A stretch of 32,000 nt of DNA from Coprobacillaceae bacterium (GCA_963675915.1 OY780959.1:960001-992000), one strand, 5' to 3'; shown: positions 9,448 through 17,966, numbered from the stretch's first letter. Translations and numbers: made by a program. Notes: generated by a model not told the origin, from the sequence alone.

Positions 9448-9516
9448 TTCAGCTTCCCCCTTGTCGTCTTTTCTTAATTTTACCCACTAGTCTGCTATAT
9501 TGCAACCTTCATCGCC

Positions 9517-9546
9517 AAAAAGAACAAGATTTTACCCTTGTTCTTT
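9517..9546 (-). terminator. rho-independent terminator of USP gene 1
   Basis: AAAGAACAAG / 8-nt loop / CTTGTTCTTT. On the minus strand it is followed by a T-run, ~27 nt after stop 9573. Confidence 0.75.
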
Positions 9547-9572
9547 CCTGAAATATTCATTCATTATTGCTG

Positions 9573-10430
9573 CTAATCGCGTTTGGCCGGAACCAGGAAT
9601 ACCGGTGCGTCGGCATGGCGGACCATATTATGGGACAGGCTTCCCAGGCTGACTTCTTTGATAAAGCCGCTACCTTGAGAGCCCATGACCACCAAAGATA
9701 TTTCCTTGTCATCAATCAGATGCAGCAGTTCCTGAGCCGGATTACCGTGGAGCACCAAAGTATCCACTTCCGGAACCTGAAGTTGAATCAGTTCATCTTT
9801 CATGGCAATCAGTTTTTCCATGGCAGTTGTTTTGAACTCCCCGATATCCCGGTTGAGATATGGGTCGAGCCAGGTCTTTTTGATGACGGTGACCAAGGTC
9901 ACTTTGTCAATTCCAAAAGCGGCCAATTCTTTTAGCTTTTCGTAGGCCAAACCGGCATTATCGGAAAAGTCGGTCGGGAAGAGCACATGACCGTTCATCT
10001 TGCGCATGAATGGGGTCGAATCATCGGTTTTGAAGACGATGACCGGCAATTTGGCTTTGTGGATCACATCATAAGCCACTCCGCCAAACATGAATTCACC
10101 GATCAGGTTATGGCGTTCCGCTCCAACCACAATTGCCTTGCAGCCGGCTTCCCGGGCCACGATATCGATTTCAGTATGGATTTCGGTAGCGATGATTTTC
10201 AGAGATTCGACCTCCAAACCTTCATCTTTGAGGATTTGGACCTGTTTGGCCATATTTTCATTCAGGTATTCACTGAACTGAACCGACATTGCCGATACTT
10301 CCTCAAGACTGGCGATACATTGAGCCAAGACACATTCTTTGACTCCGATGTCTTTGAGATGTTTGGCTTTTTTGACCAACTGGGTTTCACTAAATGGTAC
10401 TTGGGCGACAATCAATACTTTTTCAAACAT
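9573..10430 (-). CDS. universal stress protein, tandem Usp domains (paralogue 1)
   Basis: There are two Usp-like halves. The C-terminal half has the ATP-binding pattern VVMGSQGSGFIKEVSLGS. ATG 10430 (MFEKVLIVAQ) has an AGAGGAG SD 8 nt upstream; the GTG at 10439 is less likely. Confidence 0.85.
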   Translation of the reverse strand: MFEKVLIVAQVPFSETQLVKKAKHLKDIGVKECVLAQCIASLEEVSAMSVQFSEYLNENMAKQVQILKDEGLEVESLKIIATEIHTEIDIVAREAGCKAIVVGAERHNLIGEFMFGGVAYDVIHKAKLPVIVFKTDDSTPFMRKMNGHVLFPTDFSDNAGLAYEKLKELAAFGIDKVTLVTVIKKTWLDPYLNRDIGEFKTTAMEKLIAMKDELIQLQVPEVDTLVLHGNPAQELLHLIDDKEISLVVMGSQGSGFIKEVSLGSLSHNMVRHADAPVFLVPAKRD

Positions 10431-10630
10431 ATTATTCACTCCTCTTACAAGTACGAATCATACAAATTGTCTAAATATTTGGTTAATCAATAATCGGGGT
10501 GTTGCGAAACACTCCATTGCCAAGATGATGTGTAACCTAATCAACACTTCCTTTGTAATTTAATTATAATCTCAAAGTTTCCTTTTGGCAAATCAATTCC
10601 CTGACCGAAGTTAAATTTATCGAGAAAGAC

Positions 10631-10660
10631 AAAAAACCGCCTGTTAAGCGGCTTTTTTTA
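10631..10660 (-). terminator. probable (weak-stem) terminator downstream of the GH43 pseudogene
   Basis: A6-CCGC-CTGTTAA-GCGG-C-T7. Only 4 G:C pairs extended by A:T pairs, with A/T runs on both sides. Confidence 0.4.
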
Positions 10661-10734
10661 GCAACTGTTGTAACCTTATCAACCTGGTTTGACCATTTCT
10701 TATCCTTAGGGATAGGAACATCAGTTGCCTAGAC

Positions 10735-12139
10735 TTAGTTTGTAAGAACCTGGTACTCGAGCTTGGTCACGGTGGCGGTTTGGTTACCGGTCACATACAG
10801 ACCGGTAACCACTCCGGTAAAGGCTGAGAAACTGGATTCACTGGATAGGTGTTTGGTATAACTCCAATCGAGCTGAGTCCACTCTTGATTGCAGTCTTTC
10901 AACCAAAAATGATATTTATCCTTGGAACCGTTGATTTTAAGTTCCAGCGGCTCTTCTGGATGAATCAATTCCCATTTTCGTTCGGCCACGATATCTCCGA
11001 CCTTTTTTCGAAGGACCAATACTTTTTTGTCCCCTCGAGCAGTCACCACAAACTCGAAATGATGTTGATTATCGAGCACCAAAGCCAATCCGGCTTCTTG
11101 TCTGGCATTTTCCGGCTCGAATTCAAAAGATGTGGTCATTTCAAAATCATAGGAGCTTTGTCTTATCCCCAGGAACACCGGATTATGAAGATCATCCAGG
11201 GTATATTGATTGCCGGTAACTTTCAGCGAATCTTCAAAAGACAGGTACTCACCAATATTGCTGTGCAAGGTTGTCATTTCAACAGGCAGTTTAGTGGCAT
11301 TTGGTCCAATCGTAATCGGATTCTTTCTTGATTGTTTGACTTTAACATCAATTTCAACCTCTTCAGGCATGTAACCCAACTTACTGTGCAACCAGCCAGG
11401 CATTGCCAGCTTCGTCTTCAATCAAATCAGCATGACCGACTGACTGAATCAAAGCAGTTCCCAAATCGCGGTTGGACAAAATCGGATTGAAAGGACAAGC
11501 TTCAAACGGTCCCCAGAGCGATTCACTTCGCGCCAAGGTAACCATATGACCTTCCCTAGTCCCGCCTTCAGCCAGCATCAGATAATACCATTGTCCTCGT
11601 TTGAAAATATGGGGCGCCTCAATATCCCGACCACCACAGCCATGACTGATAATCTGAGGGCTACTTAGCAGTTTCCCGCTCTCCAATTCGATTTCAACCT
11701 GTTTGATGATTGAGATCCCGGTACTGTAATCGGCATATTGGACATAGGTCCTACCGGCTTCAAAATAGAAAGACGGATCAATCCCCGGAATATCGATAAA
11801 TACCGGCTCCGACCACTCCTCACGGGGATCGTTAGCTGTGACATAAAATGTTTCAATCTTGCTGCCGACATTGGTGGTAATCATATAGAATTTATCATCG
11901 TGATGACGGATAGTCGGCGCATAGATCCCTTTTGAACAACCACAGCCATCGAGATCCAACTGTGATTTTCTAGTCAGGCAATGCCCGATTGGTTCCCAAT
12001 TGAACAGATAACTACTGTAAAAAATCGGGGCTCCGGGAAAATATTCAAAGCTTGAAGTTACCAGATAGTAATCATTCCCTTTTTTACAGATTGACGGATC
12101 AGGATAGTAATCCGGGATAATTGGATTTTGATATTTCAT
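10735..12139 (-). pseudogene. glycoside hydrolase family 43 (beta-xylosidase / alpha-L-arabinofuranosidase-like), frameshifted
   Basis: The N-terminal ORF (11381..12139) has NPIIPDYYPDPSI, GIDPSFYF and IEAPHIF (the GH43 catalytic Asp/Asp/Glu contexts). It ends at GHADLIEDEAGNAWLVAQ*. The C-terminal beta-sandwich part continues in another frame (10735..11421), and the two frames overlap at 11381-11421. AAGAGGAG SD before ATG 12139. Confidence 0.75.
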
Positions 12140-12162
12140 ATTACTCCTCTTTGCTAATAATT

Positions 12163-12696
12163 TTATTTGTTTTCTTCAAGCATTGAATCGTCAAAACCGA
12201 AGAAATATGTCAGTATCGTAGCTCCAAAGAACCCTAAGAATGCCGAAATCAAAACACCCATACCGCCCTTCATCAACGCCAGTGTTGGAAGAGTCAAGAC
12301 ACATACTGTCATCAGCCCCGGCCATTGAGCTCCGGCAATTCCAGTAATAATTCCCCCGATTCCCGAAACCGCACAAGCGATGTAGAATGGTTTTTTATAT
12401 TTGATGTTTACTGCATAGATGGCTGGCTCGGTTACCCCGCCAATAAGAGCTGAAATACAAGATGACATTGAAACTTCTTTCAACTTTGTGTTTTTAGTTT
12501 TCAAAAATAATCCCAGTACCGCTCCAGCCATGGCAAAGTTGGTCGCGATGGTAACAGGTAACAAAGTATCATAACCATATTGGCTCAAGTTATTGAACAC
12601 AACTGGAACCATCGATGACCAAAAGGTAATCAAAATCACCGGACTGGAACCGCACAATCCAGACATTACCATCCATAACGCTCCGATTATAGTCAA
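12163..12696 (-). pseudogene. PTS EIIC (beta-glucoside/sucrose class) C-terminal remnant, 5'-truncated
   Basis: Only ~175 codons remain. FWSSMVPVVFNNLSQYGYDTLLP and GGVTEPAIYAVNIKYKKPF align by eye to the last third of BglF/ScrA-type EIIC. There is no ATG, SD, EIIB or first ~2/3 of EIIC; the frame is closed by a stop at 12712-12714. Confidence 0.75.
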
Positions 12697-13521
12697 AAGA
12701 CATTCTCGTTTTCAAGAATTTCCGATGCATTATCACGATTGGATTGAGTTGATATACGTTTATTCGGGGACTTCCACCCAAGTGATCAATAACCGCAAGT
12801 ATGAACTGCCAGAGGGCTGCACCCTGGTGCTTGATTGTGATACCATGCATACAATTGAACCGCTTGAGGAAATGATATTCTCATCAATATCTTCATCAAG
12901 AAAGAATACCTCAATTCGCAGTTTTTTAGCCGCCTGTCAGCGCAGAGTATCCTGACTAATTTCTTCTTGAATTCGATCATCTCCGACACGTCTCACAACG
13001 ACTTTATCGTCTTCAAATCCCAACATAGTCAACGGCTGCCGTTGTTTATGAAAGAATTCCTCTGTGAATGGTATGACCCGTCGTATGCTTCAACCGAAAT
13101 CCTTAATAGTCTTTTCACCCTGATAATTTCAGAGCTGATGAATATCTATCGTAGTGACCTGGAAAAAAGTTCCAATCCGGCCAAGAAAAATTCAGTCATC
13201 CCGATCTTGAGCTATATTGAAGAGAATTACCAGACCTGCACTTTACGTTCCACGGCCGCTTATTTCAACATGAATGCCAACTATCTTTCAAGCGTCTTGA
13301 AAAAACATACCGGTTCGTCTTTCAAAATCCTGCTTCAGGAAAAGAGAATCAGTTATGCTACCCAATTGCTTAAAAACACTGATTTGACCATCACGGAAAT
13401 CGCCAATCTGAGTGGATATGAAAATGTCAGTTTCTTCTATAAGAAGTTTCAGGAAATATGCGGCTGTCTGCCAGGAAGCTATCGCGATCAACACAAAGCT
13501 TCAAACAATAATTTCATTTAA
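12695..13521 (+). pseudogene. AraC-family transcriptional regulator, 5'-truncated and frameshifted
   Basis: The cupin part KRHSRFQEFPMHYHDWIELIYVYSG... runs to ~12870. The natural continuation NDILINIFIKKEYLNSQFFSRLSAQSILTNFFLNSI... and the C-terminal HTH_AraC domain (ITEIANLSGYENVSFFYKKF) lie in another frame. The shift sits at the A-run 12870-12872. Confidence 0.75.
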
Positions 13522-13540
13522 AGATAATTAAAGAGCCTTC

Positions 13541-13580
13541 AAAAAAAGCTGAACCTCCTCAAAGGATTTTCAGCTTTTTT
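13541..13580. terminator. bidirectional terminator shared by the AraC pseudogene and kptA
   Basis: A7-GCTGAA / 15-nt loop / TTCAGC-T6. It overlaps the last codons and stop (13570-13572) of kptA. Confidence 0.75.
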
Positions 13581-14133
13581 CGGTTTCAATCTTATTTGAT
13601 TTGACTTGGCGCAGATAAGCAACTGGCACAAACTCGATCAGCCAGATCTTGTTTTTCGAAAGGTAGAACTGATAGCCGTCTTCTACCATTCTGGCACAGT
13701 CAATTTGATAGACACACGGTTTGCCGTGGCGCTTACCGACCTGGATGGCTGCCTCGATTGAGGTGGACAGGTGGACATAGAGGCGGCCGTTGCCTTTTAA
13801 CCCCTCCCGCTCGATGTCAGCCACTGATTTGACTGCGGTGCCATGATCAAGAATCTTCGGGGGGATGGCGGCTTTTAGTTCGACATCGACATCCAGCGAG
13901 TGGCCCTGATTGGCCCTGATTTTGGTATGGTCGTCATTGAAACTGTAGCGGTTCTTGGGGTCGCTGGCGACGATTTCTTCCAGGATAGTCAAGTCGATGG
14001 GGTATTGGCTATTGATTCCCTTGAGCAAATCGCCAACCTCGGCCCAGCCGTGCTGGTCAAGAGTGATCCCGATCACTTCGGGTTGATGGCGAAGAATCAG
14101 GGACAGGAATTTGCTTACCCGCTTCAAATTCAT
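13570..14133 (-). CDS. kptA: RNA 2'-phosphotransferase, Tpt1/KptA family
   Basis: SKFLSLILRHQPEVIGITLDQHGWAEV, IRANQGHS, HGT and GRLYVHLS align with E. coli KptA and retain the R-H-R-R catalytic contexts. ATG 14131-14133 overlaps the upstream stop (ATGA), and the AAGGAG SD lies inside the upstream gene. Confidence 0.9.
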   Translation of the reverse strand: MNLKRVSKFLSLILRHQPEVIGITLDQHGWAEVGDLLKGINSQYPIDLTILEEIVASDPKNRYSFNDDHTKIRANQGHSLDVDVELKAAIPPKILDHGTAVKSVADIEREGLKGNGRLYVHLSTSIEAAIQVGKRHGKPCVYQIDCARMVEDGYQFYLSKNKIWLIEFVPVAYLRQVKSNKIETEKS

Positions 14134-16787
14134 CTTAACTCCTTGCCCGAATCGAGATTCCGACTGGAATGGCAGATGAAATAGATGACCTGATAGTTCG
14201 TGGCAATCTTTTTAAGCAACTCCAAGGCCCTTTCCAGGCGGACATTGTCAAGATTGACAAAAGGATCGTCAAGAATCAAGACCGGTTTGGTCACATCTTT
14301 GAAAACAGCATCGACCAAGGCCATCCGCAAACAGACCTGGATCAGATCTTTCATCCCGGTACTCAACTCGTCACTGCCATGGAGTTCACCTCCTGCTTCC
14401 ATTTTGACATTGAGACGGTTGTCGACTTGATAGTTCTCCGGAGTTAGGGCATTGAGTTCGTCGAGATACTGCTTGAATGATTTTGAAACATCTGCCGTAT
14501 AGCGGGATTGGAGACTCTCCTGGGCTTGGCGCATCGCTGCAAGAGTTATTTCCAGCAAGTGTTTCTCCTTGGCCAGGTCCTTTTTCTTTTCAGCCAGATT
14601 GACAACCAATGATTCAAGATCCTCAGTCTCATCAGCCTTGAGGGCCAGCGTGACGATATCTTTTTGATAGCCGGCAATGCGCCTCATGATCTCTTCTTGG
14701 GCTTTAGTCAGCTTTTGCCGGGTTGAATCAATCTCCCGAGTGATTTTTTCGAGATCAACCTCATCGATTTCCAGCCGTTTCAAAGCGGCAATATCATTAT
14801 TCGATTCGAAGGAGCTTTTTTTGAATTGGAGCTGGCGCAACTGGGTTTGGCTGGTTTGGTAACTGGCCAGATCGAGATTCAGCTGATTGAACAGTTGGTC
14901 GAACGGCTGGTCGCTTTTGCCATAATAGCCCGTAAAAATTGCTTCCAATTCCACTTGAAGCCCTTCTACCTGGGTTCGAGCCTGAAGATAATCGCTTTGG
15001 CATTTTTGCAGGGTCCGGTATTCGGTGACGGCATTACGCAAGGTCTTGACCAACCGGCCATAATCGCTGTCTTCAAGAAGTTTGAGATATTGGGCCAGAA
15101 AGCCGCTGATTTGCCGCTCCAATTTTTCAATAACCGCTTTGGTTTCGAGATATTGACTGCTTTTACGGGCGATTTCGTCTTTGAGTTCCAGATAATCTTC
15201 GTATTCCCCCTTGGCGCTGGTTAAAGCAATCGGGATATTGTCATCATCCAAGCCGATCGAATTTAAAAAGGCCAGGTAGCGCTCTTCCAGCGTTCTTCTT
15301 TCGCTTTCGAGATTGGCTTTCTCCATAGCGAGATGTTCATTGGAAGTCTGTGGCAAATCAACCGGCAACTTGGTAGCCGTGCGGCGCTCTTTGATCATCA
15401 TGAAGGCAGCCAGAAACAGGATTGCCAATCCGGCTCCAAACAAGACCGTCCCCAAAGCCTGGCTGGTACTTAAAGCGATAAAGCCGCTGACAATCACCAG
15501 GAGCCCGACCACCAACAAGGCAATTTGGGGAGACCTGATTTTTCTGGGTTGATAGAGTTTGTTTTTTTCCATATCGTAGTTGATCTGGACAATCCGGTGG
15601 TCGATCCGGGTCACCCGGTCGAAATCCCGAATATAACCTTCAATCACGCCGCTGTCAATGGTCAGATTGCCATAGCGCTTTTCCAATCTTTCTTGGAGAT
15701 CCAACTCTTCAGGCTGAGAGATGTAGGAATCGAGATCCCTTTTTAGCTTGGCCAGTTCCAAGGCATCTCCTTCGCTCTGGTCCAGTTCGAAACTGCTCGG
15801 AACTCTTTGGGAAAATACCTGGGCCAGTTTTTGGTATCGTTGGCTGTCGTCTTCACTAAGTTGGCTTTGATTGGCAAGAGCCTCGGCTTGGTAATAATCC
15901 CGGACTTTGGTCGAGATTGATTGGAGTTCTTCTTTTATCGTCGCCAGATCCCTGGTGTCGCCAGCGAAAAGCCGGTTAAGCCGGGTATATCTTTCCTTGA
16001 CGATATTGTATTCGCCAAGAAGCTCCTGATAGCGGGTCTTCCGGTCAACCAGATTCAAGGAACCCTTCCGGTCTTCGAGTTGGGCCAACTGCTTTCGGTT
16101 ATTTTGGAGACTGGTTTTTTCAAGTTCAATCTGCTCTTCAAGCTCTTCAATTTGAGCCTGGGCGATGCGAGCGTGTTGGAGCTGGGTTCTTACTTCATCG
16201 CGGCGAGCCTCCAATTGCTGGATTCTTCCTTTATTGCCCCGGGAGGAACTGATATTTTTAAGAGCGGCTTCGATTGTGGCCAGCGCCTGACTGGCACTAT
16301 CGAAATCAGCTTCACTAGTTGGAAGATCCCCGAGTTTGCTGGAAATCAGATCAGTGAAGAGACTTTCCCCATCAAGAGTGATAAAGGCAGTCTTGTCATA
16401 GGAATCCCGGTCCAGCTCCCAGATTTGACCCCCGATATTTTCACCAAAATCAGCGCAGGGCTGATTTAGTTTGGCATTGTAAAGTTTGAAACTGTCTTCT
16501 TTTTCGCGGCGCCCGAAAAAGCGTTCAATCCGATAGTGGCGCTCTTGGTATTCAAAGACCAGATTACCGCCGAATTTGCCGCCATTCCAAGGATAGTAGC
16601 GTTTGCGGTCGGTCATTTTCCGGCCTCGGGAATACTCGAGACCATAGAACATCGCTTTGATAAAAGCCGCCAGGGTGGTTTTGCCCCAGCCATTGTCCTC
16701 TTCAATGATATTCAGCCCCTCATCAAAGCGGTATTCGAATTCATTGAATTTACCGAAATTTTCAATATAACAGCTGATCAGTTTCAT
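14130..16787 (-). CDS. SbcC/Rad50-like SMC-type ATPase with central two-helix membrane hairpin (YhaN/SbcE-like)
   Basis: Walker A is EEDNGWGKTT (aa 31-38). The C-terminal head has signature ELSTGMKD, Walker B VLILDDPF and an H-loop in FICHSS. About 600 aa of heptad-rich charged sequence is interrupted by hydrophobic aa ~421-465. ATG 16785-16787 overlaps the upstream TAA by 1 nt. AGAGGTGGG SD. Confidence 0.8.
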   Translation of the reverse strand: MKLISCYIENFGKFNEFEYRFDEGLNIIEEDNGWGKTTLAAFIKAMFYGLEYSRGRKMTDRKRYYPWNGGKFGGNLVFEYQERHYRIERFFGRREKEDSFKLYNAKLNQPCADFGENIGGQIWELDRDSYDKTAFITLDGESLFTDLISSKLGDLPTSEADFDSASQALATIEAALKNISSSRGNKGRIQQLEARRDEVRTQLQHARIAQAQIEELEEQIELEKTSLQNNRKQLAQLEDRKGSLNLVDRKTRYQELLGEYNIVKERYTRLNRLFAGDTRDLATIKEELQSISTKVRDYYQAEALANQSQLSEDDSQRYQKLAQVFSQRVPSSFELDQSEGDALELAKLKRDLDSYISQPEELDLQERLEKRYGNLTIDSGVIEGYIRDFDRVTRIDHRIVQINYDMEKNKLYQPRKIRSPQIALLVVGLLVIVSGFIALSTSQALGTVLFGAGLAILFLAAFMMIKERRTATKLPVDLPQTSNEHLAMEKANLESERRTLEERYLAFLNSIGLDDDNIPIALTSAKGEYEDYLELKDEIARKSSQYLETKAVIEKLERQISGFLAQYLKLLEDSDYGRLVKTLRNAVTEYRTLQKCQSDYLQARTQVEGLQVELEAIFTGYYGKSDQPFDQLFNQLNLDLASYQTSQTQLRQLQFKKSSFESNNDIAALKRLEIDEVDLEKITREIDSTRQKLTKAQEEIMRRIAGYQKDIVTLALKADETEDLESLVVNLAEKKKDLAKEKHLLEITLAAMRQAQESLQSRYTADVSKSFKQYLDELNALTPENYQVDNRLNVKMEAGGELHGSDELSTGMKDLIQVCLRMALVDAVFKDVTKPVLILDDPFVNLDNVRLERALELLKKIATNYQVIYFICHSSRNLDSGKELR

Positions 16788-17869
16788 TATCCCACCTCTT
16801 TTCCCATGATGGCATTGATTCCCATCATGATGATCCGGTTTTTATCCTCATCGTTTAAATCCAGCGCTGCAACGGTTCTGATGAATTCCCCTTTGAAGGA
16901 AATATCCTGGGCATATTTGGTGTAATCGATTTTCACTTCAGTCAAATCGGCCAATTTGGCAAAATAGAAGCGATTGGCGATTTTATGTTCGAGATAATCC
17001 CAGTCAAGTTCGGTCTCTTCATCAACAGTTCCGGTGATGATAACCTTGACGATATCCTCAGCCAAGATGCCTTCAAGTTGGCGTTCCACTAGTTTGGCAA
17101 TCTCCCTGGCGTCAAGCGCTTTGGAGATATCGACAGTCACTTCATGGAAGGTCCGCTTGGCTAAAGAGACGAATTCGCGGGTACTGCTATTACCTTGGAT
17201 ATCCAGGAGGTAGAAGCCTTTGGTGCCACATTCATCAAAGCCCCGGCCTTCCAGACAACCCGGATAGCACCAGACGCCCCGGTAATCAAGTTTATCACAG
17301 CGGGCTTCATGGATATGCCCCAGGGCCAGGTAATCGATATCCTTGTTTTTGAGTTGTTCAAGATTAATGGTTTCAGCCTTGTTGTCGGCCTGGTAGCTGA
17401 CAATTTGGCCATGGAGCATCACAATATTGAAGTCATTTTCATCAAGGAGCAACTCCTGATAAAAATCACCGGACTGGTTATTGGAAAACTCCCGTCCGGC
17501 AATCACCACGTTGCCATAGCGATAAGCGCTCCAGTTGGTGGTAAACAGCTTCAGGTTGCTTGGTCTGGGATCAAGCTTCTTGAAGTAGTAATCCCGATCA
17601 TGATTGCCCTGAAGGTAGATGAAGTCAATCTGGTCGTTTTCGCTGATAGTATCCATCACCCGGTTTTTAATGGTTTTTTGTTGACTTTGCGGGGTGTCGA
17701 ACATGTCACCGGAAATAATGATCACTTCGACTTGATGGTCACTGGCATAGCTGACCATTCGTTCAAAAGTAGCCAGGATTTCATAACGGCGCCCCTTGGC
17801 CTGTTCGGGCGAAAAGTTGGTCTCCATTTTCGAATCCAGATGCAAATCGGCACAGTGAATTATTTTCAT
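16787..17869 (-). CDS. SbcD/Mre11-like metallophosphoesterase (YhaO/SbcF-like DNA repair exonuclease)
   Basis: MKIIHCADLHLDS, IISGDMFD, LQGNHD, MLHG and LGHIHE are the calcineurin-like phosphoesterase motifs I-V. AAGGGAG SD 8 nt upstream. Confidence 0.85.
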   Translation of the reverse strand: MKIIHCADLHLDSKMETNFSPEQAKGRRYEILATFERMVSYASDHQVEVIIISGDMFDTPQSQQKTIKNRVMDTISENDQIDFIYLQGNHDRDYYFKKLDPRPSNLKLFTTNWSAYRYGNVVIAGREFSNNQSGDFYQELLLDENDFNIVMLHGQIVSYQADNKAETINLEQLKNKDIDYLALGHIHEARCDKLDYRGVWCYPGCLEGRGFDECGTKGFYLLDIQGNSSTREFVSLAKRTFHEVTVDISKALDAREIAKLVERQLEGILAEDIVKVIITGTVDEETELDWDYLEHKIANRFYFAKLADLTEVKIDYTKYAQDISFKGEFIRTVAALDLNDEDKNRIIMMGINAIMGKEVG

Positions 17870-17936
17870 ATTGTCATCTCCCTTACTAGATAATGGTCTC
17901 TATTTTGTCTAAGTTCAATCTACTTTCCATTATCTA

Positions 17937-17966
17937 ATTATAACATTGACCCTGCCCCTTTTCTAA
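17937..17966 (-). promoter_or_regulatory. candidate sigma-A promoter of the sbcD-like/sbcC-like/kptA operon
   Basis: The minus strand reads TTAGAA - 18 nt - TATAAT with an extended TGT (TGTTATAAT at 17937-17945), ~65 nt upstream of ATG 17869. Confidence 0.5.

Noticed and set aside
12593-12696. The apparent N-terminus of the AraC ORF (MNTTGTIDDQKVIKITGLEPHNPD..) and the TTG-initiated N-terminus of the EIIC ORF as genuine new starts created after the deletion.
   Set aside because: The two read the same bases in opposite directions. The AraC-side extension is simply the antisense of real EIIC coding sequence and has no SD. The EIIC side has no SD or ATG. Both are best treated as pseudogene ends.
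17195-17893. Long plus-strand ORFs antisense to well-supported minus-strand genes. Examples: 17195..17893 (232 aa), 15921..16469 (182 aa), 9987..10493 (168 aa), 10849..11331 (160 aa), 27704..28222 (172 aa), 7420..7848 (142 aa), 5091..5468 and 2164..2550.
   Set aside because: Each lies entirely within and opposite to a CDS with clear family motifs and an SD. They lack SDs, have odd low-complexity composition and show no recognisable motifs. They are typical shadow ORFs.
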